Assembly (NCBI GenBank): GCA_009914755.4 | Contig: CP086569.2 | Location: forward strand, 22,272,001 to 22,336,000 | Source of the DNA: the human T2T-CHM13v2.0 reference genome, Homo sapiens | Reading direction: 5' to 3' | DNA: 64,000 bases | Shown: piece after piece, positions 11,858 through 26,830 of the stretch | How positions within the stretch are numbered: position 1 is the first letter of the stretch | Layout: each line of letters begins with the position of its first letter | The notes under the pieces: generated by a model | Databases searched by the model: none | What the model was told of the DNA's origin: nothing | Seen by the model: the letters and a program-made list of their open reading frames with translations, nothing else | Translations under genes and position numbers: made by a program

Positions 11858-13360
11858 CGATGATGAAGTCAGTCCTGCTAAGCTACATGATAGATTTGCA
11901 GGTCAGGCTAAGGAGCCTGGGTCTGCGGGAGGGGTCCGTTGTCTGGGTCAGGGTGAGATCCCCCTCGGACCCGGGGTGTCTCAGCGGGAGAGCTAGGAAG
12001 GGGAAATACATGCTTCACTCCAGCTAGCAGGTCACCTCAGCCCAGCTACATGAAATGGTCTTTTGAGTTCGTCTTCTTTCTCCATCTTGGCCAGGTAAGG
12101 GGAGGAACTCAGCCATCCCAGGTACCGACGGTAGGACGAAGTTTTCCTTTTGTCACAACCTTTATTTCCACAATGAAGTTATCGTTCAGGAGTATTGCCT
12201 TGGACTCCTCAGTAAGGAGTGCCTCCCAGCATGGTAGGGAAGCTGATGTGTGGGAGGGTATGTCTGTCATGAACCTTTCTGACATCTCTCTTTCCAGGAT
12301 ACAGGATGTCTCATTCCACTGCAGTCCAGTGGTTGTGGGATCATGAAGGTCAAGCCTCCAGCTGCAGGCGCTACACTTTCTACCTGAGCTTCTACGGTCG
12401 GTTGGCTGACCATGACTGCCCACGTTCTGGCAGGATTCCTGAGATGGGTGCCACAGTGGGACATCATGGGAAAGAACCTTGCCTTGGCCTCTGGGGAACT
12501 GACTTTGAGCCATGACCTGACCTGTCCTGTACCCACTTCTGCAGTACCCCAGATCATCAGCCAGAGCCTGCCATACTCAGGATGCCAGTTAGGGTGTTGC
12601 TCTTCCATGCCCACAATTCCAAAGGGCTCACAGTCCGCGTGTGCCAGGCTCAATCCCCTGCAGTACTTCCCCAGAGAGGGAGGCCATTAGAGAGGGAACA
12701 GAGAGGAGGCCAGGTGAGCAGTCTAGGGCTGGGGACTGAGAGGCCTTTGATTCCTGGAGTTGTGCCCCACGTGGAGAATCCAAGCCTCAGGGAGGTGACT
12801 GCAGTGAGCAATCCCAGGCCATCCATGGGCTGTTGGAGAAATGGCCATCAGGGAACTGTAACATCCTCATTTCAGGATTGGGGCACCTTAAGTCACCTAA
12901 GAGGCATAAGTGTCTAAGGTCAGAGGGTGAGAAGCAAGTCTCAAGGGGTAGCTGTCTCATCAAACTTAGAGGGCTCCCTTCCCTGCCCTGAGGCTGGCTA
13001 CCACTTGAGACTCAGTTTGGGCTCAGCCAGGGCCCTCTCGCCCTCCAGGCAGATGTCCCCCCGAGGCAGATGTCCTCCCAAAATGGCTCTCTGAGGCCCA
13101 TTGTTTTCTGTTACAATGACCCGAGGGTCCCCTGACATGCTTTCTCCCCTCTGCCATCGTCACTCACACTGCCCTGCCCCCCAGGGACAAGAGAGGCCAC
13201 TGCACAGGGAATCTGGAAGACCACACTGGGCTCACAGGAGAGGAAATGTAAAGAGATTGCACAATGGCTGGGACCTTTGGTGTTTGTCCAGGGAGGGGAA
13301 CTGGCTGGGATTTAAGGCCTACCTGAGTAGTGGTTTGGACACCCAGTGTTACTTATCATG
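11858..13360 (+). repeat. ~1.5 kb LTR-like element, copy A (TGATGAAG...TTATCA termini; paralogue at 29781-31215)
   Basis: Alignable with 29781-31215 over its whole length at ~80-85 % identity. It has TG...CA ends, the family is unidentified and there is no internal ERV sequence. Confidence 0.5.
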
Positions 13361-13843
13361 ATGAAGACCTGCTTTTTCACATCCCCTAATATTAATATGG
13401 AAGTTATTTTCTTAGAATAGAGAAACAATGAGTACAAAGAAACAGTGTTTGTTCTGATTCATATGGAAATGCTGCAGACGCATCCGTTTTCCATTACAAT
13501 TCTTATGTGAGAATTGAAGTGTATATTGAGTTTTAGGATACATTTTGATTGTTCTACTCCTGGCAAATTTTGTGGTCATGTTTGCAATGTAGAGCCATAG
13601 AATCCAGAACATTTTTGAGTAACTTTCAGCTTCTTTTAGGGTACTTAATTGTACATTTTTATTTTCTCACCCTGTGGTTCTCTTCAGTTTATTATTTGAA
13701 CTTTATATGCAAGCTGATAAATTTGTTTTCTTATTTGTCTCTTGTGGAAATTTGTTTTAAAGGACATTTTTTTCTGTTAGATATGTGAGTTTGACTGTGA
13801 GTACTTTTTCTAGTACAAATTTTTTATTTTCATTTGTTAGTTT

Positions 13844-13852
13844 TGTGTGTTT

Positions 13853-13886
<34 letters not shown>
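13844..13886. repeat. (GT)n microsatellite
   Basis: gtgtgcgtgtgtgtgtgtgtgtgtgtgtgt. Confidence 0.9.
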
Positions 13887-14302
13887 TTTTAGAAGGAGTC
13901 TTGCTCTGTCACCTAGGCTGGAGTGAAGTGGCAGGATCTTGGCTCACCTCAACCTCCGCCTGCCAGCTTCAAGCGATTCCCCTGCCTCAGCCTCCTGTAA
14001 CAGAAAACGATGGGCCTCGGAGAGCCATTTTGGGAGGACATAGAGATGGGCCTCGGGGGGACATCCGCGTGGAGGGCGAGAGGGCCGTGGCTGAGCCCAA
14101 ACTGAGCCCCAAGTGGTAGCTCCTCAAGTGGAGCTGGGATTACAGGCACATACCACCATGTCCAGCTAATTTTTGTATTTTTAGTTAAGACTGGGTTTCA
14201 TCATATATGCCAGGCTGGTCTCCAACTCCTGACCTCAAGTGATCCACCCACCTTGTCCTGCCAAAATGCTGGGCTTACAGATGCAGGCCACCATGCCTGG
14301 CC
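13887..14302 (-). mobile_element. Alu SINE interrupted at ~13997-14128 by a non-Alu insert
   Basis: The Alu right arm runs 13887-13996 (...cctgcctcagcctcctg), an insert follows, then the Alu resumes (ctgggattacaggcacataccaccatgtccagctaattttt...ccatgcctggcc). Confidence 0.8.
13997..14128 (-). repeat. Inverted ~130 bp fragment of the 1.5-kb LTR-like family, lodged inside the Alu
   Basis: Its reverse complement matches 12990-13100 (ctaccacttgagactcagtttgggctcagccagggccctctcgccctcc...cctcccaaaatggctctc) and 30830-30960 of copy B. In places it is closer to copy B than to the adjacent copy A. Confidence 0.65.
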
Positions 14303-14451
14303 TCACTTATGTGTTTATGTTTTTGAAGCCTCCCTCTATTTTCTTCATGGACACATATTTTAGAGTTATTGAAATAATATATTTTATTTATTTACTTAAT
14401 ACTTTAGTAGGATTTTAAAGGTAATGTTTTTATTCACTAAATGCAGTATTA

Positions 14452-14995
<544 letters not shown>

Positions 14996-17900
14996 TTATC
15001 AAAATCTGAAAAATCGAGGCCTGATGAAAATATTTAAATTAAACACATTCCAGACGCCCAAATCTGAAAAGCAAAGGTGTTTCTGATATAATAGCCCAAA
15101 TTCTGCATTTCCTCTCTATTGGACAGTGTAATATTGCACATATGAAAAACAAATGCAGTGTTAAATAAAAAGTAGTGGAATTAAGAGGAGTCATTGCTTA
15201 GTGAATTAAAACAACACACACATTGAGAAGAAAAGACAGTGATAGAAAATATATTGTCTGTTGATTTAATTCACAATAATTTTCATTTTTGTCTATTAGC
15301 ATTAAATAGTACCATTAACATAATATCATTTTGTATATTGTCTTCTAACATGAAAGTGGTTTTTATTTTATATATTTGGAAACCTGATCAAAGATTCTTT
15401 ATACATGTTATTTTTTCCCAAATTTGCTACCTAATAGCTACCTAGTGCTAGTTGCCTGGATACCTCTCACTAAGTAGTTTGTCTTTTCCTATTAATTTTA
15501 ATATGAACTTGTTGTGTATTTTGTTGGCATCTTTACTAAATCTACAGGTGTTGAAGTTGTTCAGATTTCAGTCATGGATCCTCTTGGGTTTTCTCAAGGC
15601 TAAAACACCCTTTCTATGCTGACCATTAAGAAATTCCCAACTTCAGGCCAGATCTTTGTTCTGCCTTCAGACTTGGCATATCCAACTGCATGCCTTACAT
15701 CTCCACATACCAAAACCAGACCTTCATTTCATGCCCAAAACATGTTTCCTCGTACAGTATTCCACTATTTCAGAAATTCACAGCACCAAATACCCTGTAT
15801 TTCAAGCTAGGAATGTAGAGGATGATCCTTGAGGCAGCCTTTTCTCAATGACACTTCATCATTCACATCCAACTCTTCACAGGTTGTGTGTCCTCTCCGA
15901 GAATTACAGTCTTAGTAAATAAAGAATGGCCACTAAGTAACCTTCAATCATCCACTTTTTTTTGAATTCATGTCAGTTTCTTTACAGAACAGCTGGAGCT
16001 CTGCAATGTCAATGTTGGAGTAAGTACTATTATCTGCCAGTATTACTATTTTATTTATCATGAGATAAATGTCCCTTAAAAATGCCCACACAAAGCTATA
16101 CTAAGTAACACAATTAAATGATGTCTTTTTTTACGGATAAGTACAAGGCAAATAGAATCAATTGTTATAATATGATCCTTACAACTACACACACAGGTCC
16201 TAGATATTTTGGACCCCACTTCATACATCTGAAATTTGAGTCTCAAAATAATTAACTTCTCTTAAAGTCTAATTTCAGATTACAAAACTACCTCTTTCCA
16301 CAATATTTTGCTATCTCCCTTTAAGAACCAGCTGGGGAATCATTAAGAATAAAAAAAAGTCATTTTCTTCAACATCTCCTAGCTGAGCCAAAATCTAAAT
16401 TTTCTGTGGAGGTGTTGTTAATGTGCAATTTCGCCAAAACTTTTACAACTTAATCCACAGTTATGCTTCAGTGGCCTACCTGTCATCCAATACCTGCACA
16501 CCTGCTTTAACACAGGAAAATTTGGAAGTTAATACAAGTATTAAGTCTTATCATTGTAGACAATGACATATGAAGACACTTTCCAATCTTCCTTGAATAT
16601 ATGATACTCAAGATGTCAGTACAGTCTCCGAATTGTCAATGTAATCTTAGTAGCAGTGGAACATTTACAGAAGGTAATTTTGTGAGAGTGGTCAAATATT
16701 TTTATTAAATACTGCTATTTTATAACCATAAATAGCATTAACTGACCCATGGTATATAGCTAGAAATATGTTTCTAAAGAAAATGTTCAGAAATAGGTTT
16801 CATGTATTTTGCTAAATTGCAAACTAACAGGTTAATTACTACCGTGAAGTGCTAGATAGTTGGAGTAGTATTTACCAAGAATGAAAAAGAATATAGGGCC
16901 ATATGACTTGAGAAGGCTGGAGTTAGGAAAAGATAAGGTATTTACTCCTGACTCCTGGCTTGATGTTCTTTGTGTGTTTTTTTATTCTTTTTTGGTTCAT
17001 TTTTTGTTTGTTTGTTTGTTTGCTTGTTTCTTTGTCATTGCTGTTTTACGTTCTCTTATGTGTCAGACCAGAGTTTCATAAATATCCCCAAATAATTTCG
17101 TGGGTCATAAAATATATATCTAGATACTTCTAGCTATTTTCCTTCAAAATCTTGGTTCAATAATCTGAAATGAGACCTAGAGAACCTGTAATTCTCACAA
17201 GTATGCTAAGTGATTATTGCCAAAATGACAATTGTGAAATATTTAGAAAACCATCTAGGAGCTAGGTAATCAATTTTAATAATTGATTCTTACTGTAAGC
17301 GTAAAGGATTTCGCTGAAATGACTATTTAAATGCAACTTTTATTAAAAAGATAGAATTGAGCACTTCCGTGCTTTCTAATTAGTATCTTTAAAGTATGTT
17401 TTCCTAAAGTGGCAAAATTATGTTTTCATTTGAAGTCAGCATTATGGCCACAAATGACTTCTGAGTTAGCTTTTTGAAAAATCTTCAGATCATAAATTCT
17501 AAAAATTATCTTGGGTGTTTATAAAACTCCAGAAAATGACTAAGACAATATAAATAAAAATACCAGTATCCAAAATAATCAAAATAAGTCTTACAAATAT
17601 ACAAGAAAACATATATACAATCTAGCCCAGTAGAAGAAAGCAGTACAGGTAAATAGTTAGATCCTTTTTAGAAAGGAATAAAGTCAAATGACCAAGGAAA
17701 AATGGCTAGATGCTTGAGCTCATTAGTAATCCAGGGACGTAAATCAAAACCACATTGGGCACCAACTTTTGTTCATTAGCTTGGCAACTATTAAAATAAT
17801 AATACTGAGTGCAGTCAAGAATGTAAGGAATGGTAATTTTTTTCCATCAATCCACAGGACTATCTAGTGACATTTATTGAAATTAGGGTGACTAAAACCT

Positions 17901-18879
17901 TTATTGTCCCAATAGAAAGTTTTTTTAGGATAAAAGAGTACTAACATATATAAAATCATTTATTATTTAATTTATTGTTTTATCAATTTATTATTTATTT
18001 CCTTACAGTCAAATTGTTTTTACTATATCAATAGATCTATGAAATAGTTATCTTCCAACTATTTTTGAAAATCAAATGCTTTCAAAAATTTAAAACCACA
18101 ATTACATATCTTGATGCAAAACAGAAAAATAACTTCTTTACATTGTTATTTAAATATTAGAAATAGTAGGCAGAATAATAATTCTGGAACATATTTATGT
18201 GAATTAATCTGTTTCTTAACAATAATTATCCATAGTTCTTTTCTGGAAAATGCATATCTTTTAATTTTATATTGACGTTTAAATGAAGTTACTTGCAAGC
18301 TTTTCCAAAATTGCTGCTTCTTGTCACCAATAAAAGTCATCGACAATGTTTAGTTTTTTAACTGAACATGAAAAACTATTTATCACATTGTTCAATGTTT
18401 CATTTCTGGAACAATAAGATTTCAACAGCTTTATTTTGGTTCCAATGATTGATGAAAAATTCAAACCATTTTTTCATTTAATTTTCTGTTTGAAGCGTCT
18501 AAATGGCATTAATCAATGCTTTTGGAATTTCTTTGGTAGTTAATGGAGTTAACATACTAACAACTACTCATGCATATTTCTTAACTGCAGAAAAATTAAA
18601 ATTAAAAAATATACACAATTGATTAAAAAAATAGTAATGTGATGTAAATAAAAAGCCAAGTATCGCAGAATTATATGCTTAATTTTTTTCCAAATTCACA
18701 TATTAAACCTGTTGAAATGTCATCTTCAGGCATAGTTTTCTTAATGTAACTAAGTGTTTCCTTCTGAAATAGCAGCTGGTTTTTCCCCTCAATCCTCTAT
18801 ATTCTGGATTTCAGGATATCACTTTTAGCCTTGTGGTCCCAACATGGACTACAAGGCTTTACGATTACACCATGACACT

Positions 18880-19010
18880 TTTCAACCCATAATTTAATTG
18901 AAAGGGAAATTGTTTTTATTAATAATTTAAGTAATTAAATCATTTAGTTAAATAGTTTAATTAATTAGTTTAATTAATAGTTTAATTAATTAAAACTATT
19001 AATAGGGAAT
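18880..19010. repeat. AT-rich low-complexity/tandem stretch (tagtttaattaat-like units)
   Basis: gtaattaaatcatttagttaaatagtttaattaattagtttaattaatagtttaattaattaaaactattaatag. Confidence 0.7.
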
Positions 19011-20559
19011 AGTTTTTAATTAAATATGTAGTTGCATTTTTTTAGGTCATTGCTGCTGAAACAGATTTTTAAAAAAATAGTCATTAGCAAACAGCCCATA
19101 AATAAATAGTTGTAGGGTATATGAGAAATGATAAAACCACTGTGGCCAGACCAATTAACAACTCTCTGTGTGCTAAGCTGCTATTTCCAGTACATAATTT
19201 ACATATACCTAACCTATTATTTCCTTCATTTTCCCCAAACCTACCATATGATGATCTGGGAGTGTCATTAAGTGGACCACATACAAAACAAACAAACAAA
19301 CAAAAACTATGTCAAATACTTCTCCCATCACCAGGCAAGATTGGATGGAACTACCCATCCCTAGGCACCATGTACTCAGTGCATATTGATTTATTATTAC
19401 TCACTCTGCTGCATGCTTCCTTGAAAAAGTAGCAGAATCTATGTTTTGTGTGAACTGTGTCAGGAAAATAAAGTTGATTTTCAGATTTGTCTCCCCACTA
19501 AAGTCATCATTCTGTTAACATTTTATTTTTCTCATGTACTGATAGAGGCCTCACAATAGCTATAATTATTAAACAAAATGAACATTTAACACTCATGCTG
19601 GTTCTAATCAATGTAACATAATAATACTTCATTAAAAATGAGAAATCTAAGACAAGTGCTAAGCCAATTAGCATGGATGAAAAATATTAATAAAGTGGCA
19701 GTGCAGGGAGCTAATGAGAATATTTCATTCCCTCAAAGTTAAAATGGTACACACACTGCAGTCCAGCCATTCTTCTAATGTATTCATTAGAAACTGTCAC
19801 ACCTGTGTATTCGGAGGCATAGGGAAGGTTTTTCATTGTAGCATTTCAATAAACACATCGTGGAACATGAGAATTCAGTAGACTGAGAACTATGCCATCA
19901 ATAATGGCAGCTCTCACCAAGAATGTTAACAAAAAATATGCAAAATAATACACACCTTATAATATTCACATAAATATTAAAAATTTACAAAGCACCAGTA
20001 TTATTTACAAATAAATATTTTAATAAATTTAAAAAATACAAAGGTAATAACAAGTTCATGATAATGGTGCCTCTGGAAATGGAAGAAAGGAAACAAACCT
20101 GAGGGCATATATTCCAATTACAACCAGAGGTCATGTAAATAGAACAGGAAATGTATCAATAGCTGTTATTTTTAAGTGGGGTTAGTTGGTATTTCTTATA
20201 TTATTTTGTATTTGTATATATTTTTTAAATTTTACTCAAAAACAAATTAATTTTATAATGAATAATATACCATTTACATTGGAATCATCTTGTGAACTAA
20301 TTGCTTTAAAACTCCCCCGTCCCCATTGCCACTTCCAAGGAATTAAAAAAATTAAAAATTAGAATGTGGTATTTTTAAAAGAAAAATATTTTACAAGTAT
20401 GAAATAAAATATTTTACCAGCACATCACATTTTTTGACTGATTATCCATGTAAAATCATGTAGTAGGAGAAGAGAGAAGGACACAGGCAGAATTTCACGT
20501 ATTAGTACAGGAAATAATTGAATGTTTATTTCAAATACCTTCTTAAGACATACTAGTGG

Positions 20560-21345
20560 CCAAGAAACATAACAAAAGTGCTCAACATCACTGATCATCA
20601 GAGAAATCCAAATCAAACTCACAATAAGATACCAGTCAGAATGACTATTTTTATTAAAAAGCCAAAATAATAATAATAAGAATAATATATGCGGGCAAGG
20701 TTGCAGGGAAAAAGGAACTCATACCCTGGTGGTGAGAATGTTCAGTCACAGTGGAAAGCAGTTTGGGGATTTCTAAAAGAACTAACAATAGAACTACCAT
20801 TTCATCCAGCAATCCTATTACTATGTATATGCTCAATAGAAAATAAATCATTAAAGCTATCGAAAAGACACTTGAATTCTCATATTCATCACCATAGTGA
20901 AGACATGGAGTCAACCTAGGAGCTCATCCACGGTGGACAGGATGAAGAAAATGTAGTACGTATGAACCCTGGAATTGTACACAGCTATAAGAAGAAAAAA
21001 TCATGTCCTTTGAAGAAACATGGATGCAGCTGGAGGCCATTAACCTAAGCAAATTAATGAAGAAACAGAATATCAAATATAGAATATTCTCACATATGAA
21101 TAGGAACTAAAACTTGGGTGCACACAGAAATAAAGATAAGAACATTAGACACTGGGGACTCCAAAGTGAGGACAGAGGGAGAGGGGCAGGGGCTGAAAAT
21201 CTTCCTATTGGTTTCAAGGTTCCCTATCTCGGTGATGGGATCAATAGAAGACTAAACGTCAGCATCACACAATATACCTTTGTAACAAGCCTGCACATGT
21301 ACTCTCTGAATTTATAATAAAAATGGAAATAAAAGTAAAATAAAT
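20560..21345 (+). mobile_element. Older L1 (L1P/L1M-type) 3' fragment
   Basis: Translation gives ...CSTSLIIREIQIKLTIRYQSE... and ORF 20689-20919 gives KAVWGFLKELTIELPFHPAILLL (ORF2 tail). The L1 3' UTR follows. Confidence 0.7.
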
Positions 21346-24300
21346 TATTAAATGAAATAATATATTACATTATAGAATGGACCTTATTTCAGTGATACAT
21401 AACTGAAACATGCTAATAAAATGGGATGGCTACCTTTGTGCAAATTAACTAGACTTTAGTTGCACTAATTAAGAGAGCAATAGCTGAGACAATCAAAAGA
21501 TAATAGACAAGTTATAATTGATGTCAAAATTCTACCTTATTATATTACCTTCGAAATCATATCCAAAGTTTCCTTCTAGTTTGAGAAACCTCTCTCTACA
21601 TATATATAGAACAAAATTGCTTTTGCAGATTAGCATGATTTTAATAGAGCAAATTTCATCTTCAAATTTCATAAGCACCTTCCAATCCATAAGACACTGT
21701 TAGAAAAAACTGTCAATCGGGCTAGACACACATTTCAAAGAGCCTATGAGGTTGCAAATCACTTATGCCTCACTCTCGTGTTACCAAGATAATGCAAAGC
21801 ACTTATATAGTGTTTCTTAGCTTGAAAGAGCCTAGGAACTTTAACTAATTAATCCTTAGACTACCCAGTGAGAGAGTGATAAGAAGCCCCTTGAAGAGAT
21901 CATTTAACTATATAATTCACACTTGCTTAAATGTAATTCAGCATATGTGCCGTGTTGTGTTTCCCTGCTTTCTATTTCAATCTTCAGAGAAATAATATTT
22001 ATGTGTGACTATATCATGCATAGGCATCTATTATGAATAAAATTATGTAGACTGCACTCTGACTGCCACTAAAAGCTAACAGATATATGTACGTCCAACA
22101 CATAAAATACATCTGGTACATTCTGCTGTATTTTCTTTTCTTATTCATTTCATATCTCATTTTCAGGTATTTCAGAGTGGACTTCTCAGATTTGAATAGG
22201 CTGAAACTTTTTAAATGAGGAATATACAATTCTCTTGTTAATTTTTATAATTAGTTTTTTGGAAAGTGTATTAAAACTAAATGTTTATAATTATGCTGAA
22301 TATAAAAGAATATCATATGTGAATGCTTCACCCAAATGAAAGACTATTTAACTATTCTATTTAGAATTCTCTCTAGTAGGATTTCCTTCTCTGTAGGTAG
22401 CTGGCTACAGGAGTCTACCAAAACAAATCTATTTCTGCAGTAAATACCAACACTGGCTTCCTCAGGAAAGCACTCTTTCAGGCTGCAAAACACAATACAT
22501 CTTTTCCCTGAGCAGGATAAATTCTTATACAGTTTTACTGTTCAACTAAAATGTCAATTAAAGTTAATCATTTTCCTTTTTATTACAAAGAGAATCTCAT
22601 TACTTTCTAATTACTTGCCCGAAATCTATTCTCTATAACTATCTAAAATTACATAGACATACACACATGCATACAAAAGAAACAGTACAACTGGACGACC
22701 AACCAATGTGTACACGTGCTCTGTTTTAGAAAAGTTTCTACTGTACTATTTGCAGTAAGGTTATAGTTGTAATTCAATCAATGACCTATTTTAAATGAGT
22801 GCCTAGAACATCACTGGGGAAAGTGTGTACAATGCAAGAAACATTTCCCTATGCATACACTTTATTTGTAAATATGTTTATACTGATAGTTAAAATGGTT
22901 AACTTTGTTGTCAAATATTGATACTGGCTAAAGTTTTGTTTCTTAATATATTCTTCTTTAACTTTTTCCAGTATGTTTTGAAATGTCTTTCATATATTTA
23001 CTCTAATTTCATCTGGGAATAGATAGCCAAAGATAAATGGAGAAAACCATTTTTTTCCTATAAATTTATCATCTCCTGAGTGTCAAACTTGTCATGAAAG
23101 GAGAGATGCATCCTCTGCTCTTACTTTAGGACCAGACTTTCCACCAATAGATTATAAATGTGAAAATATCTGGCTACTTATAGCCACTGTTCTGCAGAAA
23201 ACACTATTACAGTCTGAGATTGAACCCTAAGAATTGGCCTTGGGAACTTTGAGACTCTGGTCAACTAATTTATTAGCTAATTTCTAAGGGTGTTCTCTGT
23301 TGCAAGAGTTATTGACTCTTTAGTCAAACACTCTATCATGGAAAAATCTAACCTAGTGGGCCGTTTTGTTGTGAGATGGTAATAAATAATAATAAAAATA
23401 TTCCTGGAATGCAGATAGCCAGGACTATAGATAGGTCTTCAAGGAACAGTCCTCTCAGTAACAATGTGAAAGTTTGTCTGAATTTCCATTTCCACATTAT
23501 GATAATTATGCCACATTATGTAGCAATTCTGTAAATTATTTCTGGTTTTGAAAAACTTTACTCTTGAATGTGGATTTATGTTTAAAAGATAATATTGTTT
23601 CATAGGACCATTTGCATGTATAAATTATGCATCATTTTATGGGAGCTCATACATGGACATCTCATACAGAGCAAATGATGAGACAGATGTGTGAGATGCA
23701 TTAGGGTGGTTGAAGAAGAAGCACTGTTTCCACTCTCTGGGTCTCTAATTTCCAATAAGACAAACTACAAAATAATTACAAATAAGAGTTTAAAGAAGAA
23801 TGACTCAATTTCTTGCGTCTGATTGCTGTTTTGTATCCTATAAAAACTTTATGCTCTATCTAAGACTTGAAATGTTTTAAACATTAGATGTTGGTCTTTA
23901 GGACACCAAGTGGAAGCCAGGGGACACATGCAGTTGCTGCCTGGGGGATCTTGTCTAACGGAAGAAGTCAGTAACAGGCAGCTGAATGGGCAGTGGGCCA
24001 GTACCAGGTGTTTAGCTGAGACTTGTATAAGTTTTTCAAAAATTCCCAGAAGTATTTGACAGAAATGAAACTGGTTTACCAATGCTCTTTAAAAAAATCA
24101 GCTGAAGAACATCCTATAGTGTCCTGAAGAGAAAAATGAGCAAGGCACATAATTTGAGATAGCAAAAATACTAGGTGACTGCAGGAGCATAGAAAATCTC
24201 AGGCAGCTGTTTCACATGACTAGCAAAATACACTATTAAAATAGTTGCATAAACTAGGAGTTGGTAACACTGGGGAAAACCAAGATGTGGGCAAAGCTGG

Positions 24301-26559
24301 CTAGGAACAACTGGACTCAACATGGTGATGAATTTCAGTTAGGTTTCACCTTGGAGAAAATAGCAAAAAAGTCACTGCTACTACCATGCAGCAGAGCAAC
24401 TGATCAAAGGCAGCAACTGCCTAACTATGGCTGGTTCACATGTGAAAAATAGAAATCCCTTACTTACTTTTTATGTTATCTGAAGTAAAAGCATTCCTTA
24501 CTGATACAACGTTTCATTTTCTTCCTTATTCTCCACCATTTTTTTTCTTCTCACATTACTTATAGCTTGTAACTTATTTTGTCAAATATATACAATGAGA
24601 TAACACTGCAGTATTACAGAAAGCACACTGCATGGGAAACAGACTCATATTGAAACGGGAAAAAGTCCCTAATCCCCTCTCCCGCGGGGCGTGCAATGAG
24701 GACAGGTTGTGGGGATTTGATCCCAGGCAGTGTCTAGGGGTGAATGTTTACAGCTCCTGAATCCCCAGAGGGCATGTGTTACATGGTCCATTCGTAGGTG
24801 GCTTGTGTTAGTCAGCTCCATCAGACATCCTGACTTACTGCAAAGACAGAAGGCTATCTGAATCCCGGGGTTTATGGCCTTGGTGTACCTGAAGAATTGG
24901 CTCACACGTGGGCTTGGAGAATAAGTGCAAGGTTTCATTAAGTAGAGGTTGTCAGCAGATAGATGGGGACCCAGAAGGCAGATGGAGCGGGAAGGTAGTT
25001 TTCCCTTGGAATGGGACAGGTCAGCGCTCTCTTCCCACAGCTCCTCGAAACTCAGTGTTCTTCTGCGGTGGATGCCCTGCAGCCTCAGTCTCTGTGCTCT
25101 CCTTCCTCCGGTGTCTTCTCGAGGTCCAGTTGCTGTGTCTTTTTCTGCTAATGGTCCCTCTAGACGTCCAGCTGCTGTGTCACTGCCTGCTAGGATCTGG
25201 GGGTTTCTTATATCACAGGATGGAGGTGTGGCAGGATGGAGGTGTGGCAGGCCAGGGTGGTCTTGGGAAATGCAACATTTGGGCAAGAAAACAGAAGTGC
25301 CGTCCTCACCTAGGTCAGTGAGCACAGGCCTGAGGGTGGAGCCCTAGCCAAGGAACACGCCCTGCTCTACCCAGCACTTCCCTGTCCCCCTTCCACATCA
25401 ATATATTTTATTTAAATCTCCAAAAATAGCACCCAAATCCTTTAGAGAAGACAATTGGAGAAAATGGCATTAGAAGAGCTAGTCTGGGATTATGGTCACT
25501 ACATGGAAAACGGAAACACACGGAGTGTTTCCCGCAGGCCATGGAATCACTGCTGAAACGTATCCCCTGCTGAGAAGGACAGGGAAACAAACTGGCTTCT
25601 CTCATGTTCTTGTTCTCTAATCTCTGCAGTGTCACCGCTTGACTGAACTGAAACAGGAAGTAATTTTTATGGGAGCCTAGGAACCATGCCTCACAGGGGC
25701 CAGGCCTCTCTATTACAGAACAGTGCCAGGAGAGGTGATTGACCTCTGTGGTATCTGTGGGCATATAAACCCAGGAGCACACACAAAGGAAGATCAGAGA
25801 AAAATATAATATCAAAGGGTCAAGAGAGGAGCAGTCTGAGGAATGATTCATGCATGATATTTGTGAAAAGACCAAAAAGTAAAACGGAGCTTATGAGGTA
25901 GTAAACTAAGAAGAACATAGAGAAAAACAGTCAAAATCGTAAAGTCAAGGGTATTTACCTTTCCTTTTAGGATTTTTAAAATCCCTTCCAGAACGCTTTT
26001 CCCAATATCCTTTATTCATTGATTCATTCAAGAAATATTTATGGTCTAAGAATTGGGCAGATGGCATCATATGCACTGTTAGTACTTCTATCATTGACAG
26101 AAAGAATGTTTCTTTTCTCCCACAATGTTTTTCTCCTAAACATTGTTCTTGCAAATTTGTATTCTTACAGATCCTGTTCTTTGTTCCTGCCGTAAGAAGC
26201 TTCCCCACACCTGTCTTAACCCAGTTAAGAACTTCTTTCCTCTCCAACTAAGTTATTAAGTTTTATATGTTGTAACACTTGTCACAGTACATTGCAATTA
26301 TTGTTCTTCTCTTCATTCTCCAATTAAGCTATGAATGTTTTGAAGGAAAAGGCTATAAAGACAATGACTTGACATTTGTCAGTAATTATTTCACAAACGA
26401 TTATTAGATATTTGTACATAATATTCTAACATATTTATCTTGATTTTTGGAAAACAATATAAACCATTTTCTCTGCCCATTCCCCATGAACTGCTCAATT
26501 TTAAACAATGTCTATGCTCTTGGAGCAATTATACAAACTTTCAAAAAACACCTGAAAGT

Positions 26560-26830
26560 GTTTTTGTTTTGTTTTGTTTTATTGTATTATTTTTTAGAGA
26601 CAAATTCTTGCCTGGTGAAGTGCAGTGTGCCTTGACTGCTCACTGCAACCTTGAACTTCTGAGTAACTAGAACAGATGCGTGTCATGATGCCCTATTTAA
26701 TTAATTAATTACTTTTGTAGAGTTAGGTCTTGCTAGGTTACCTGTGCAGGTCTCCAACTCAGCCTGAAGCAGTCCTCCCTTCTCAGCCTCTCAATTATTG
26801 GGATTCCAGGCATGAACCACTGGACTTCAA
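26560..26830 (-). mobile_element. Degenerate Alu-like SINE
   Basis: gtgcagtgtgccttgactgctcactgcaaccttgaacttctgag...cctcccttctcagcctctcaattattgggattccaggcatgaaccac. Confidence 0.5.

Noticed and set aside
24660-25400. GC-richer island with ORFs of 218, 137 and 132 codons on both strands
   Set aside because: It looks like an interspersed repeat or LTR fragment. I could not name the family, and there is no coherent single frame, no splice context and no protein similarity.
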